This document shows positions 29,174-40,078 of a DNA stretch of 64,000 nucleotides, in pieces. Source of the stretch: an uncultured Eubacteriales bacterium (GTDB taxonomy: Bacteria > Bacillota > Clostridia > Christensenellales > Aristaeellaceae); assembly GCA_900315315.1 (NCBI GenBank), contig OMYT01000014.1, forward strand, positions 2,656-66,655, in the 5' to 3' direction. Every line of letters starts with the position of its first letter. Position 1 is the stretch's first letter. The notes below the pieces were generated by a model, which worked only from the letters and a program-made list of their open reading frames with translations, was not told the origin of the DNA and did not search any database. A program made the translations under genes and the position numbers.

Positions 29174-30969
29174 GTTTCTCCCTCCTTCCCGATCGCCTTG
29201 ACCGGACACACGCAGCCACACAGTCCGCAGCCCGTACACAGGTTCCGGTCAACGGTCACCTGTCCGTCTGAAACGATCAGTGCCGGGCAGCCGATCTCCC
29301 GGATACACTTTTTGCAATTTACGCATTTGCCCGCGTCGATCGCACACTTGCCTTCCGGCTTGGTCAGCGCGACACAGGGCGAACGGAAGACGATCGCGCA
29401 GACTCCCTTCTCCCCGGCGCATTCCCGGACCGCCCGTACGCTCTCCTCCAGGTTCAGCGGATCCACGGTGAGAACCTTTTTCACCCCGATCCCTTCCAGC
29501 ACCTTTTCAATGCTGACCTTCTCCACCACATTGCCCATCATGTTCCGGCCCGTTCCCGGATGCGGCTGGTGACCGGTCATGGCAGTGGTGGAATTGTCCA
29601 GCACGCAGAGGATGATATCCGCCTCGTTATAGACCGCGTTCACGACACCGGTCATGCCGGAAGCAAAGAAGGTGGAATCCCCCACGAAGGCAAAGCATAC
29701 CGTGTCCGGATTCATGTGGCTCAGCCCCTGGGCCATGGTGATCCCCGCCCCCATACACAGGCAGGTGTCCACCATATCCAGCGGCATGGCGTTGCCCAGT
29801 GTGTAGCATCCGATATCGCCGCAGAAGACAGCCTTCTTCCCCTTCATCGCCTGCTTGACGGCATAGAAGGACGCCCGGTGGGGACAGCCCGCACACAGTA
29901 CCGGCGGGCGGACCGGCAGCGCCGGCGCGTCAGACAGGTCCGTCTGCTCCCTGCCGGTCCGGATTCCAAGGAACCGGTCCAGGATCCCGGAGCACAGTTC
30001 CACGCTGTTCTCGCCGTTATGAGGCACGGAACCGTCCAGCTTTCCGGAAACCCGGAGGGGCAGATGATGCTTCCCGGCGGTTTTGAGGGTCTGCTCTTCG
30101 ATATACGGGCTGAGTTCCTCCACGCACAGGACTTCCTCTACACCGTTGAGTGCTTTCAGAATAAATTCCTCCGGGAAGGGGAAGGCGGTGGCAACCCGGA
30201 TCAACCGGATATCGTCACGACCCTTCAGGCATTCCTTCACATAGGTATAGCTGACGCCGGAAGCAATGACCGCCTTTCCGGTTTCTTTTCCTTCAACCGT
30301 GTTGAAGCGGAAGGAAGAAAAGTCTTTGCCAATCTCTTCATTGCGTTTCTCGATCTTTCCGTGATTGAGATAAGACAGACGGGGGAAAATGACCCAGCGT
30401 GAGGGATCCCGCTCAAAGCCGTCGTATGCCCCCGGCGTGAAAGCATCCGGCGTCTCGATGGAAGCGTAGGCGTGACAGACCCGCGTGGTGGGCCTGAACA
30501 ACACAGGTGTACTGTATTTCTCGGAATACTCAAAAGCCTCCCGGATCATCTCATAGGCTTCCTCCGGGGAGGAAGGATCGAAAACCGGGATCCGGCAGAA
30601 GTCCGCAAACCGGCGGGTGTCCTGCTCCGTCTGGGAAGAGATGGGACCGGGATCGTCCGCGCTGACGATGACCAGGCCGCCCTTCACGCCGATATACGCC
30701 ACGGACATCAGGGGATCGGAAGCAACATTCAGCCCCATCTGTTTCATGGTCACCATGGCCCGGGCCCCGCTGTACGCGGCAGCCGCGGCAACCTCCAGGG
30801 CTGCCTTCTCGTTGACCGACCATTCCAGGTGGACGCCCTCATGCGGAACCTTTGACACCGTCTCAATAATTTCGGAGGACGGCGTTCCCGGATAACCCGC
30901 CACCAGGCGAACGCCGGCGGAGAGTGCCCCCAGTGCGATGGCTCCGTTTCCCATTACATATCGTTTCAT
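29170..30969 (-). CDS. iorA: Indolepyruvate:ferredoxin oxidoreductase alpha subunit
   Basis: YPGTPSSE, LCAGCPHR, GDIGCY, GDSTF; C-terminal 4Fe-4S motifs. Confidence 0.95.
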   Translation of the reverse strand: MKRYVMGNGAIALGALSAGVRLVAGYPGTPSSEIIETVSKVPHEGVHLEWSVNEKAALEVAAAAAYSGARAMVTMKQMGLNVASDPLMSVAYIGVKGGLVIVSADDPGPISSQTEQDTRRFADFCRIPVFDPSSPEEAYEMIREAFEYSEKYSTPVLFRPTTRVCHAYASIETPDAFTPGAYDGFERDPSRWVIFPRLSYLNHGKIEKRNEEIGKDFSSFRFNTVEGKETGKAVIASGVSYTYVKECLKGRDDIRLIRVATAFPFPEEFILKALNGVEEVLCVEELSPYIEEQTLKTAGKHHLPLRVSGKLDGSVPHNGENSVELCSGILDRFLGIRTGREQTDLSDAPALPVRPPVLCAGCPHRASFYAVKQAMKGKKAVFCGDIGCYTLGNAMPLDMVDTCLCMGAGITMAQGLSHMNPDTVCFAFVGDSTFFASGMTGVVNAVYNEADIILCVLDNSTTAMTGHQPHPGTGRNMMGNVVEKVSIEKVLEGIGVKKVLTVDPLNLEESVRAVRECAGEKGVCAIVFRSPCVALTKPEGKCAIDAGKCVNCKKCIREIGCPALIVSDGQVTVDRNLCTGCGLCGCVCPVKAIGKEGET

Positions 30970-31068
30970 GTACTCACCTCGGGTTTTTCTGATTCACCAT
31001 ATCCAGTACTATATCATACTTCGGATCGTTCCGGCTGTTCATTTTCTGTCGTCCCGTCCGATCCTCGC

Positions 31069-31106
31069 AAAAAAGAAGGCCGTCGGGCAAAACGCCCGAC
31101 AGTCTC
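31069..31106 (-). terminator. Intrinsic terminator
   Basis: gtcgggc/gcccgac stem with downstream T tract. Confidence 0.7.
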
Positions 31107-31143
31107 CATATGGTTTTCGCTAAACCGCAGGTCTGTCCGTGCC

Positions 31144-32039
31144 TCACCGGGTCAGGAAGTCCAGCATCCGCTCCTTATAGTCCGGCGCCAGATCATATAC
31201 CGCGTGTCCGTAACCGTCGTACATATACAGTTCACAGTCAGCCCGGCCTTTGAGCTGCTCCGCGATCTTTCCGGACGCTTCTCCGCCCAGCACATGATCG
31301 TCCAGGGAGCCGATCACCAGCACAGGGCATGAAATCTTTCCCAGCTGATCCGTGACGTCAAAGCCGCGTATCCCCTCCGCCAGAATCACAAAACGGCTGA
31401 GATCTTCTTCCGTTACGCCTCTGGCGCTTTCGGTCAGCAGCACTTTCGCCTGCTCAAACACCTGCTGCGGATAGATTGCTTCCCCGAAAACCAGATACAG
31501 GTCTTCCGTCCTGCCGGCCTTTGCCAGCTGAATCCATCCGTCAATCACCCGGAACTGTTCGTCCGTGACATGAGAGGAGGTGGAGCCGAGAATCAGTCTG
31601 CTGACCAGGTCCGGCTGTTCAATCGCAATGCACATGGCGATCATACCGCCCTGGGACGCGCCGAACAGGCAGACCCTGTCAAAGCCCAGCGCCCGGATTG
31701 CCGCTGCCGTATCCCGCGCGATATCCCGGTTGGTATACACCGGGGGCAGTTCCTTCCGCCGGTCGAACACATAAACCGTAAACCGATCTTCGAAGGAAGC
31801 GTATGCCGGCGCCACGGTATCCGCGAATTTCATGACGCTTTCCACGCTGAGTCCGGGCAGGATCACGAGCGTCTGATCCCCGTGGCCGAAGCGGAAATAA
31901 TCCATCGTGAAATCATCTGCCGCCACCGTTTCAATCCTGATCTTTCCGGTCATCTTCTGCTTCTCCTCCGCCCGGGCAGCCGCACCGATAACACACACAA
32001 GCACGACAGTAAGGATAAAAGGATGATCCGCCTTCTCAT
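31144..32039 (-). CDS. Alpha/beta hydrolase; signal-peptide region apparently frameshifted
   Basis: GASQGG nucleophile elbow and GH motif; ATG 32039 is coupled to the cstA stop but 1 nt out of frame; internal ATG at 31953 is in frame. Confidence 0.8.
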
Positions 32040-33481
32040 GCGGCAAGGGGCTTCTTCACTTTGTGATACGCGTAAACATACACACCGAACAGCACCGCCG
32101 CGAACACGATACCGGCCGGATACGCGATGGAAGAAGACAGTCTGAAGCCCTCGCTGGCCATCAGGATATAGGTCAGGCTGACGGCGGACATGAACGTCGC
32201 CGGCAGGGCCGTGATCAGGGTTCCGTATTTCCTAGTTCCGGTTTTCACCAGATAGGCGGTTGCCACCCACAGGGAAATCATCGCCAGGGTCTGGTTGCTC
32301 CAGGAGAAGTAGCGCCACAGGACGTTGAAATCCAGCTGGGTCAGGACCGCGCCGACGGCGAGCAGCGGCAGTGTGATAATCAGCCGGTTCCGGATCTTCT
32401 TCTGGTCCAGGCCGGTAATTTCAGCCACGATCAGCCGCGCGCTGCGGAAGGCCGTGTCTCCGGAGGTAATGGGGCAAACCACCACGCCGATCACTGCCAG
32501 GACGCTTCCCACAGTGCCCAGCATGGTTTTTGAAATCTCATAAACTGTTCCGGACTGCTTAAGATTGGTGAGCGCGTCGTTCAGCATCTGCGTTGTGCCA
32601 TAGAAGGCCACACCGGCAGCCGCCCAGATCAGGGCAATCACGGCTTCCGCAATCATTGCGCCGTAGAAGATGCTGCGTCCCTGCTTTTCATGTGTGATGC
32701 ACTTGGCAACCATCGGAGACTGGGTCGCGTGGAACCCGGAGATCGCGCCGCAGGCCACCGTGATGAACATAAATGGCCAGATCGGCAGGCCCTGGGGATG
32801 CAGATCCTCCAGGGTAAGCTCCGGAATCTTATATCCACCGAACAGCGTGCCGCCCAGCACGCTCACCGCCATGACAATCAGGATCACGCCGAAAACGGGA
32901 TACAGCTTACCGATCACCTTGTCGATCGGCAGCAGTGTTGCCAGTACATAATACAGTAAAATAATGACAATCCAGAATTTTATATCCAGGAAAATCGGAG
33001 CAACATAGGAATTCATGTTTTCAAACAACGTGACAATCAGCGCCGCCGGGCTGTTTACGAACACCGTGCCCGTCAGCACCAGCAGGACGATGGAGAAGAT
33101 CCGCATGACCCACCGGGCCGCATTGCCCAGATAGATTCCGCTCAGCTCCGCGATGGAACTTCCGCCGTGGCGGCTGGAGATCATGCCGCTCATAAAGTCA
33201 TGCACCGCGCCGCCGAGGATCGAACCGAATACAATCCACAGGAAGACCACCGGGCCGAAGCAGGCGCCCATGAGCGCGCCGAAGATCGGACCGGTGCCAG
33301 CAATGTTCAGCAGCTGAACCAGGAAAGCCCTCCAGGGCTTCATAGGCACGCAGTCCACGCCGTCGTTAATCGCAATGGCCGGCGTCTGCCGGTCATCCGG
33401 CGCAAAAACCTTTTCCACTACCCGGCTGTAAACCAGGTACCCGACCAGAAGAACAGCAAGGGAGATAATCAGTGAAATCAT
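32036..33481 (-). CDS. cstA: Carbon starvation protein A family transporter
   Basis: NIAGTGPIFG, ITVACGAISGFHATQ, PITSGDTAFRSAR; AAGGAG RBS before ATG 33481. Confidence 0.92.
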   Translation of the reverse strand: MISLIISLAVLLVGYLVYSRVVEKVFAPDDRQTPAIAINDGVDCVPMKPWRAFLVQLLNIAGTGPIFGALMGACFGPVVFLWIVFGSILGGAVHDFMSGMISSRHGGSSIAELSGIYLGNAARWVMRIFSIVLLVLTGTVFVNSPAALIVTLFENMNSYVAPIFLDIKFWIVIILLYYVLATLLPIDKVIGKLYPVFGVILIVMAVSVLGGTLFGGYKIPELTLEDLHPQGLPIWPFMFITVACGAISGFHATQSPMVAKCITHEKQGRSIFYGAMIAEAVIALIWAAAGVAFYGTTQMLNDALTNLKQSGTVYEISKTMLGTVGSVLAVIGVVVCPITSGDTAFRSARLIVAEITGLDQKKIRNRLIITLPLLAVGAVLTQLDFNVLWRYFSWSNQTLAMISLWVATAYLVKTGTRKYGTLITALPATFMSAVSLTYILMASEGFRLSSSIAYPAGIVFAAVLFGVYVYAYHKVKKPLAA

Positions 33482-33595
33482 GCAAATTCTCCTTCCGAGA
33501 CACATTTTGCGAAAAGCACGATTTTCATGTCAGGCCTTTCCGAACGATAATAATACTTCACAAGACTGAAAAAATCAAAAGATTTTTTGCTCCCG

Positions 33596-35896
33596 TCACG
33601 TTTTCGGAACAATGCAGAATACATTGGACTGGAAATCGCCCTGTACGCGCAGGGAAGCATCGTAGCCGGTGCCGGTAAACCGTTTGCCGAGCGGAATCCC
33701 CGACTGCAGCGCCGCGCCGGAGCATTCCGCGGAGAACCCGCCGTCCCGCATCTGATAATGGCGGTCGGCAAGGCGTATAATCGTTCCTTCGGTATCCAGC
33801 GGAACAGGCGTGGCAAACCTGAGCAGGCTTCCGTAAGCCCCTACCCGCAGCAGCTGAGACCGTGCCTCCACATGCCATGTCCTGTCCGGATCAAGACCGT
33901 TCACCCGGAGCCACTCGATTTCGGGCCCCGCGGGAATCAGCTTATGGAACAGCCCGCAGAACGTCTTCTCCCCGTCTGACACCTGCCAGCACAGGGTCCC
34001 TTCCTCCGTGCCGTTCCGGCTGAAACGCCCGAACTGGAACGTCTTCCGATGCTGCTTATAATACGCAATGGTTTCCTTCAGTTCCGCTTCATCCACCGGT
34101 TTCATGCTGTCGAGGTCAAACTCCACGCCGAAGTCCCCGAAGAAAGCTACGTTGGACCGGGTGGACATGGGCGTGGCCCGGAGCGTCACGCCGTGGGGCG
34201 CGGCAGAAACATGCGCACCGATGGTACTCTGGGGATAAAGATAATACAATCCGTTCTGGATATCCAGGCGTTCGACGGGATCGGTATCATCCGACGCCCA
34301 GATCTGCGGGGAAAAGCAAAGCATGCCAAGGTCAAACCGGTTTCCGCCGGACGCGCAGCTTTCCAGAAGAATCCGTGGACGCGAATCGAAAATCCGGTGG
34401 AGTACATCGTAAAGCCCGAGGATATATTCATAGGCTTTGTTCCCGCTGACCGGGGAATTCCGGTTCATGTCCCATTTCACATATTGGATGTCCGCTTTGT
34501 CCAGGATCGCGGACACGGATTCGACAATATAGTCCCGCACTTCCGGCTTTGTCAGGTCCAGCAGGAGCTCATTCCGGGCGTAAAAAGGACCTGTTCCGGG
34601 GGAAGAGAGCACCCAGTCCGGATGCTGCCGGAAGCAGTCGGAATCCGGATTCACCGCTTCCGGCTCAAACCAGAGGCCGAACTGCATGCCGAGATCGTGA
34701 ATCTTTTTCGAAAGCCCTTCGAGGCCGTTCGGCAGTTTCCGCCTGTTGACGCTGTAGTCTCCCAGGCCCGCTTGATCGTTGTCCCGTTCCCCGAACCAGC
34801 CGTCGTCAAGCACAAAGAGCTCGCAGCCGATCTTCTTTGCCTTTTTAGCCAGGGACAGGAGCTTGCCCTCATTAAACTTAAACATGCATCCTTCCCAGTT
34901 GTTATACAGCACCGGGCGTTCCTGATATCTCCAGGCCTCGGGAATGACGGATTCATTCACAAAGCGGTGCATGTTTTCCATCAGGCCGTTATATCCGCGG
35001 CCGGACCAGGCCGCAACGGCCTCCGGCGTTTCAATCCGGCCCCCGGGAAGCAGGTCCAGGCAAAGCCCGTCCGGGCTGATTCCCTGCAATACTCTGGTAA
35101 ACCCGACGGAGGAACGCTGGACAGAGGAATAGTGGTTTCCCGACCAGAGCAGATTGAACCCGTATACTTCGCCGGCGTCGTCTGAAACGCCGGGCCGGGA
35201 AAGGAGAAAACCCGGATTATGCCGGTTGGAGGAGAAACCGCCAGCGCTCCCGTTGGCCACCCGGGACCGGGTGACGGGAACAGTGTGGATGTGCGCCTCC
35301 CGGATCCATCCCCCGTCAAAGGTGCTGACCATGAAGCTGCCCTGCAGATCGGCGCACGCGCTCATCAGCTTCATGACTTTGAGCGGCTTGTCCGACCGGT
35401 TGATCAGCACCGCCTGCCGGACCAGCGCCGTTTCGAACAGGGAAAACCGGAGCTCCAGGGTCAGGCCTTCCAGAAGCCTGTTCGAGGAGGTGAAAACCAG
35501 CTTTACCGTCTCCTGCGCACCCCGGGCGTGCGGGAGCACGGCGTCATATTCTTCCGTATTGACCTCACCTGCGGAAGACCAGACGAAGTCCGGGCAGATC
35601 TCCGTACCTTCATACAGCAGCCCAACCGGCGTCTCCCGGTAATCTCCGGTTCCGCGCTCCGACCAGGCCAGCGGAAGTTCATCCAGGCAGGACCGTGTAT
35701 CCCCCTCACGATAAAGCACGCCCGGCTCCCAGCCCAGCACGGTCTCACAGCAGAGCGCCTCACAGTCGTCCTCGCTCAGGGGTGCCCCGAGATGAAGAAG
35801 TTGTGCTTTCCCGTAAGCAATCTTCAGCATGCAGCAAACAGCTCCGTTGCCGATATAAAAGTATTGCCCACCGCTCTTCTTAATCTGTCTGATCAT
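33596..35896 (-). CDS. Alpha-galactosidase, GH36
   Basis: FVLDDGWFG, GLWFEPE, KWDMNR and CASGGNRFD motifs. Confidence 0.93.
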   Translation of the reverse strand: MIRQIKKSGGQYFYIGNGAVCCMLKIAYGKAQLLHLGAPLSEDDCEALCCETVLGWEPGVLYREGDTRSCLDELPLAWSERGTGDYRETPVGLLYEGTEICPDFVWSSAGEVNTEEYDAVLPHARGAQETVKLVFTSSNRLLEGLTLELRFSLFETALVRQAVLINRSDKPLKVMKLMSACADLQGSFMVSTFDGGWIREAHIHTVPVTRSRVANGSAGGFSSNRHNPGFLLSRPGVSDDAGEVYGFNLLWSGNHYSSVQRSSVGFTRVLQGISPDGLCLDLLPGGRIETPEAVAAWSGRGYNGLMENMHRFVNESVIPEAWRYQERPVLYNNWEGCMFKFNEGKLLSLAKKAKKIGCELFVLDDGWFGERDNDQAGLGDYSVNRRKLPNGLEGLSKKIHDLGMQFGLWFEPEAVNPDSDCFRQHPDWVLSSPGTGPFYARNELLLDLTKPEVRDYIVESVSAILDKADIQYVKWDMNRNSPVSGNKAYEYILGLYDVLHRIFDSRPRILLESCASGGNRFDLGMLCFSPQIWASDDTDPVERLDIQNGLYYLYPQSTIGAHVSAAPHGVTLRATPMSTRSNVAFFGDFGVEFDLDSMKPVDEAELKETIAYYKQHRKTFQFGRFSRNGTEEGTLCWQVSDGEKTFCGLFHKLIPAGPEIEWLRVNGLDPDRTWHVEARSQLLRVGAYGSLLRFATPVPLDTEGTIIRLADRHYQMRDGGFSAECSGAALQSGIPLGKRFTGTGYDASLRVQGDFQSNVFCIVPKT

Positions 35897-35991
35897 GCCG
35901 CTCCCCCATACTTATCAATGTTTCCGTGGTTGGTTCCCCCAAAGAATGCCGGCTCACTTATTCGTCATTTCGGATCTCCCGCCCGTGCGTT

Positions 35992-36609
35992 TTAACGTTC
36001 CGCAGCGTAAATGCCCGCGGCACGATTGGCCTCAGCCTCGGCAACCAGCGCATCGTAATCCGCGAGATTGTAGCTCACATCATACGGTGTCACCAGCAGT
36101 CCTTCGTTGATATAGGCGATGATCTCCGCCCTGCGCGGGTCATCCTTTGACAAATCGACTCCGGTAATCCGCCAGTTGTGATCCGTTTCCGGTGCCACCG
36201 GTGAACACGTGCGGAAATATTCCACAATCATGCCCCGGATGGAATTGGAAGACTCCCAGTCACGCTTGCCCGCCGCAAGGTTTTTCGCTTTGATAGAGGC
36301 ACTATAACGGAAATTATTAACCGCCAGCTTCAGCACCTGGTCGTCCTGCAGCGGTTCCCCTTTGAACATTACGTTCTCAATACGCTCCCCTTTGGGTTTG
36401 GAGAGGTTGATCTCATACTCAACCCCGCCGAACATATCATGCAGGTAGCCCGGGTATTCCGGATCAAAGGAAATGTTGATATCGCCCGGCTGCTGCGTTT
36501 TGCCCTTATATTCCAGGCATAGCATGGTCAGATCATCAAACTGTTCCGCGTCTCTCACAAAATCATCCACATTGTCATCTATGATTAATATGAACAGCAA
36601 CAATCCCAC
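35992..36609 (-). pseudogene. Chimeric fragment: PP2C/SpoIIE C-terminal tail joined to a 5'-nucleotidase C-terminal domain
   Basis: FVRDAEQFDDLTMLCLEYKG followed by DMFGGVEYEINLSKPKGERI..LAVNNFR; both N-terminal catalytic parts missing. Confidence 0.65.
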
Positions 36610-36714
36610 ATTATAAAAGATTATACATCATCCGGAACAGAAAAGCACCTTCTTTTGCACTGTTTTTCACCAAAAACAGTCGAAATCAACGTCACTCACA
36701 TGTAATTCCGGCGC

Positions 36715-36743
36715 TTGATGATTGCCGCAGTTCAGTGTATAGT
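36715..36743 (+). promoter_or_regulatory. Putative Moco operon promoter
   Basis: TTGATG-17-TATAGT. Confidence 0.5.
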
Positions 36744-36809
36744 ATCTGTAATTCGATTTCAATGTGATTGTCACATGTGAAGAATAAACCCGAAGGCAGT
36801 GAATCCATT

Positions 36810-38090
36810 ATGATCAGCAAACCGGGAAAAGCAGCAGTCACGCATGATGGGCAGGTACAAAGGGCGGCCCCGTCTGCCCTGACAAACGTGTCCTGGATGG
36901 AAGCCAGGGATTTGCTGCTTGATCATGCTTCCCCCGTGGAAACCGAATCCGTTCCCCTGGCCGCCTGCGCCGGGTGCGTACTGGCCTTTGATCTGCAGGC
37001 CGGTTCGGATGTTCCACCGTTTGACCGGTCCGCCTATGACGGGTATGCCCTGCGGTCCGCCGATGTGGCGCAGGCTTCGCCGGAACACCCGGTCACACTC
37101 TCTGTGACCGAAACAATCCCGGCCGGAAAGGTTGCCGCCCTTCCCGTCACCCCGGGGCACGCGGCGCACCTGATGACCGGAGCAACGATTCCCGACGGTG
37201 CGGACTGCGTCATCATGTTTGAAAAAACGCGCTTCACGGAAACAAGCGTTACCCTCTCCGAACCGCTCAGTCCCGGGGATAATATCGTCAGACGCGGTGA
37301 GGATGTCAGGGCGGGAAGCCTGCTGGCCCCGTGCGGCACATGCATCGACGCGGGACTGGCGGGGACGCTGGCCGCCCAGGGAGTCGAGCAGGTCCGGGTT
37401 TACCGGAAACCCGTAATCGGCCTGATTTCCACCGGCAGCGAGGTGACGGAGGTCGGAAAACCGCTGGAAGCCGGGAATATATATAATGCCAACCGTGCCA
37501 GCCTGACCGCGCTGATGGAGCAGGAGGGCTGCCGCGTCCGCTACCTGGGCCTGGCCGGAGATGAAGCCGCCGCCATCAGCGAACTGATTACGCAGGGCAT
37601 CCGGGAATGCGACGCCGTTATCCTGACCGGCGGCGTCTCGGTCGGCGACTGGGATGTGACCCCCGAGGCTATGACCCGCTCCGGCGTCACGCTGCTGGTG
37701 CGCGGGGTATCCATGAAACCGGGAATGGCCTGTGCCTACGGAACAGCCGGAGGCAGGCCGGTGATCGGCCTTTCCGGCAATCCGGCCTCAGCCGTGACCA
37801 ATTTCTGTGCCTGTGTCCTTCCGGCGGTCCGCAGGCTCTGCGGCAGGAAGGATGTCCTTCCGCAGCCTGTCATGGCTTCGCTGATCCGCGGTTTCCGCAA
37901 GGCAAGCCCTGCCGACCGCTTCCTGCGGGGGCAGCTGATGCTCGAGGACGGTACCGTTCGGTTTGCCGCCGCGCCGGATCAGGGTAATGTAGTCCTTTCC
38001 GGCACCATCGGCTGCCGTGCCTTCCTGCTGATTCCGGCCGGCAGTCAGCCTCTCACCGCAGGCGCAGCCCTTTCAGGTTTTTTGATTTGA
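36810..38090 (+). CDS. moeA: Molybdopterin molybdenumtransferase (start uncertain)
   Basis: PPFDRSAYDGYA, MTGATIP, STGSE, TGGVSVGD, LSGNP. Confidence 0.92.
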   Translation: MISKPGKAAVTHDGQVQRAAPSALTNVSWMEARDLLLDHASPVETESVPLAACAGCVLAFDLQAGSDVPPFDRSAYDGYALRSADVAQASPEHPVTLSVTETIPAGKVAALPVTPGHAAHLMTGATIPDGADCVIMFEKTRFTETSVTLSEPLSPGDNIVRRGEDVRAGSLLAPCGTCIDAGLAGTLAAQGVEQVRVYRKPVIGLISTGSEVTEVGKPLEAGNIYNANRASLTALMEQEGCRVRYLGLAGDEAAAISELITQGIRECDAVILTGGVSVGDWDVTPEAMTRSGVTLLVRGVSMKPGMACAYGTAGGRPVIGLSGNPASAVTNFCACVLPAVRRLCGRKDVLPQPVMASLIRGFRKASPADRFLRGQLMLEDGTVRFAAAPDQGNVVLSGTIGCRAFLLIPAGSQPLTAGAALSGFLI

Positions 38091-38101
38091 GGTGATCATC
38101 C

Positions 38102-39118
38102 ATGAAAAAAGTTCGGGTAGAAGATGCTGTCGGCATGACCCTGTGCCATGATCTGACGGAAATGCGGGACGGCTTCAAAGGTGCCGCGTTCCGGCGCGGC
38201 CACGTCATCACCCCGGAGGACATTCCTCATATGCTGGATATCGGCAAGCGCACTGTGTTCGTCTGGGAGGAAAGCGCCGGAGAAATCCATGAGGAGGATG
38301 CTGCGCTGCGGATGGCCGCGATGGCGCCCGTTCCCGGTGCACATTACACCGATCCCGCCGAGGGTAAAGTGCTCCTGCTCTCCGACGCGCCGGGTATGTT
38401 CCGGGTCGATACGGATCTGCTGCGGACCATCAATGCCATCGGCGATCTGACCATCTCGACCCTTCCGGATCATTATCCGGTCAGGCCGGGGATGCGGCTG
38501 GCCTCCATGCGGATCGTCCCCCTGGTAACGCTGGAAGCGCAGATTCGGGAGGCCGAAGCCCTCTGCACAGGCAAAAAGCTGCTGGACCTGCTGCCCTACC
38601 GGCCGCTGACAGCGGGGATCATCATCACGGGCAGCGAGATCTTTCACGGCCGTATCCAGGACAAATTCGAGGCTGTCGCCCGGAAAAAGCTCTCCGCTTA
38701 TCCCGGCACGGTTCTCGGCGTCATGGTCTGCGATGATGAGCCGGACATGCTGACCGGAGCCGCCCGCGATTTGCTGGATCAGGGCGCGGATTTCCTGATT
38801 TTCTCCGGCGGCATGTCGGTGGACCCGGACGACGTGACGCCCGCCGCCATCCGCCGCCTGGGCTGTGACGTGATCAGCCACGGGGTTCCCAGCCAGCCGG
38901 GCAACATGACCCTGGTGGCGTATCTGGGTGATATCCCTGTGCTGGGGGTACCGGGCGCGGCAATCAGCCTGCCTACCACCATCTTCGACGTCATGCTCCC
39001 CCAGATCTATGCGGGAGTCCGGTTCACCAGAGAAGACCTGATCGCCCTGGGGGACGGCGGCCTGTGCCAGCTGTGTCCCGCGTGTCATTTCCCCAACTGT
39101 ACTTTCGGCAGGTATTAG
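38102..39118 (+). CDS. MoeA-related molybdopterin-binding protein
   Basis: HDLTE, TGSE, GGMSVDPDD, GLCQLC..CHFPNC.FG. Confidence 0.85.
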   Translation: MKKVRVEDAVGMTLCHDLTEMRDGFKGAAFRRGHVITPEDIPHMLDIGKRTVFVWEESAGEIHEEDAALRMAAMAPVPGAHYTDPAEGKVLLLSDAPGMFRVDTDLLRTINAIGDLTISTLPDHYPVRPGMRLASMRIVPLVTLEAQIREAEALCTGKKLLDLLPYRPLTAGIIITGSEIFHGRIQDKFEAVARKKLSAYPGTVLGVMVCDDEPDMLTGAARDLLDQGADFLIFSGGMSVDPDDVTPAAIRRLGCDVISHGVPSQPGNMTLVAYLGDIPVLGVPGAAISLPTTIFDVMLPQIYAGVRFTREDLIALGDGGLCQLCPACHFPNCTFGRY

Positions 39119-39121
39119 ACA

Positions 39122-40075
39122 ATGATCGACAGATACGGACGCGATATATATTATCTGCGCCTCTCGGTGACGGAGCTGTGCAATCTGCGCTGCCGCTACT
39201 GCATGCCTGCGGAAGGCGTCTGCAAACTGCGGCATGATGAAATGCTCACGGAAGACGAGATCATCCGCGCGGTACGGGCGGCAGCTTCCCTGGGGATGTA
39301 TAAGGTGCGCATCACCGGCGGGGAGCCGCTGGTCAAGCCGAACATCCTTTCCATCTGCCGCCGCGTGGCTGAGGTTGACGGGGTTACAGAAACCGTCATG
39401 ACCACCAACGCAACCCGCCTGGCGGCATTAGCCCGCCCACTGCGGGAAGCGGGCATCGGGCGGGTGAATATCAGCCTTGATACCCTGAACGCGGAAAAAT
39501 ACGCCTTCATGACCCGGGGCGGAACGCTGGCGGATGCGACGAACGGGATCGAAGCTGCCCTGGAGGCCGGATTTGAGAAGGTGAAAATCAACGCGGTGCT
39601 GATCGGCGGCTTCAATGATGACGAAATTCCTGCCCTGTCGGCCCTGACCCTGCGCTGGCCGGTGGACATGCGCTTCATTGAGCTGATGCCCATGCCCGGA
39701 GATACCCTGTTCGGCGAGCAGGCTTATATCCCCGTCAGCCGGGTGCTGGAAATCCTGCCGGAGGCAGTTCCCGCGGCAGTTCATGATGGGGTGGCGCGGA
39801 TGTACCGCCTGCCCGGCGGTCTGGGCAATATCGGCCTGATCAGCCCGCTGTCCAACCATTTCTGCGGGAACTGTAACCGTCTGCGCCTGACGGCGGACGG
39901 CCATCTGAAGCCCTGCCTGCACTCCCGGGAGGAAATCTGCATCAGGGGCATGAATGAGGAGCAGATGGCGGAGGCAATCCGTCAGGCCGCGTTCCTGAAA
40001 CCACAGCAGCACGATCCCCTCTCCCGGAGCGCGCGCAGCCACGCCGCCCGGCCCATGAACCAGATCGGAGGATAG
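39122..40075 (+). CDS. moaA: GTP 3',8-cyclase (radical SAM)
   Basis: CNLRCRYC, FCGNCNRLRLT, terminal MNQIGG. Confidence 0.96.
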   Translation: MIDRYGRDIYYLRLSVTELCNLRCRYCMPAEGVCKLRHDEMLTEDEIIRAVRAAASLGMYKVRITGGEPLVKPNILSICRRVAEVDGVTETVMTTNATRLAALARPLREAGIGRVNISLDTLNAEKYAFMTRGGTLADATNGIEAALEAGFEKVKINAVLIGGFNDDEIPALSALTLRWPVDMRFIELMPMPGDTLFGEQAYIPVSRVLEILPEAVPAAVHDGVARMYRLPGGLGNIGLISPLSNHFCGNCNRLRLTADGHLKPCLHSREEICIRGMNEEQMAEAIRQAAFLKPQQHDPLSRSARSHAARPMNQIGG

Positions 40076-40078
40076 CGC

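Noticed and set aside
27319-30969. iorAB-paaK as a novel pathway
   Set aside because: A common arrangement in anaerobes for aryl-acid/aryl-pyruvate interconversion.
36744-36810. Moco riboswitch or CRP/Rex site before moeA
   Set aside because: The leader is too short and lacks the Moco RNA core; the TGTGA-ttg-TCACA palindrome has non-canonical spacing and is a single instance.
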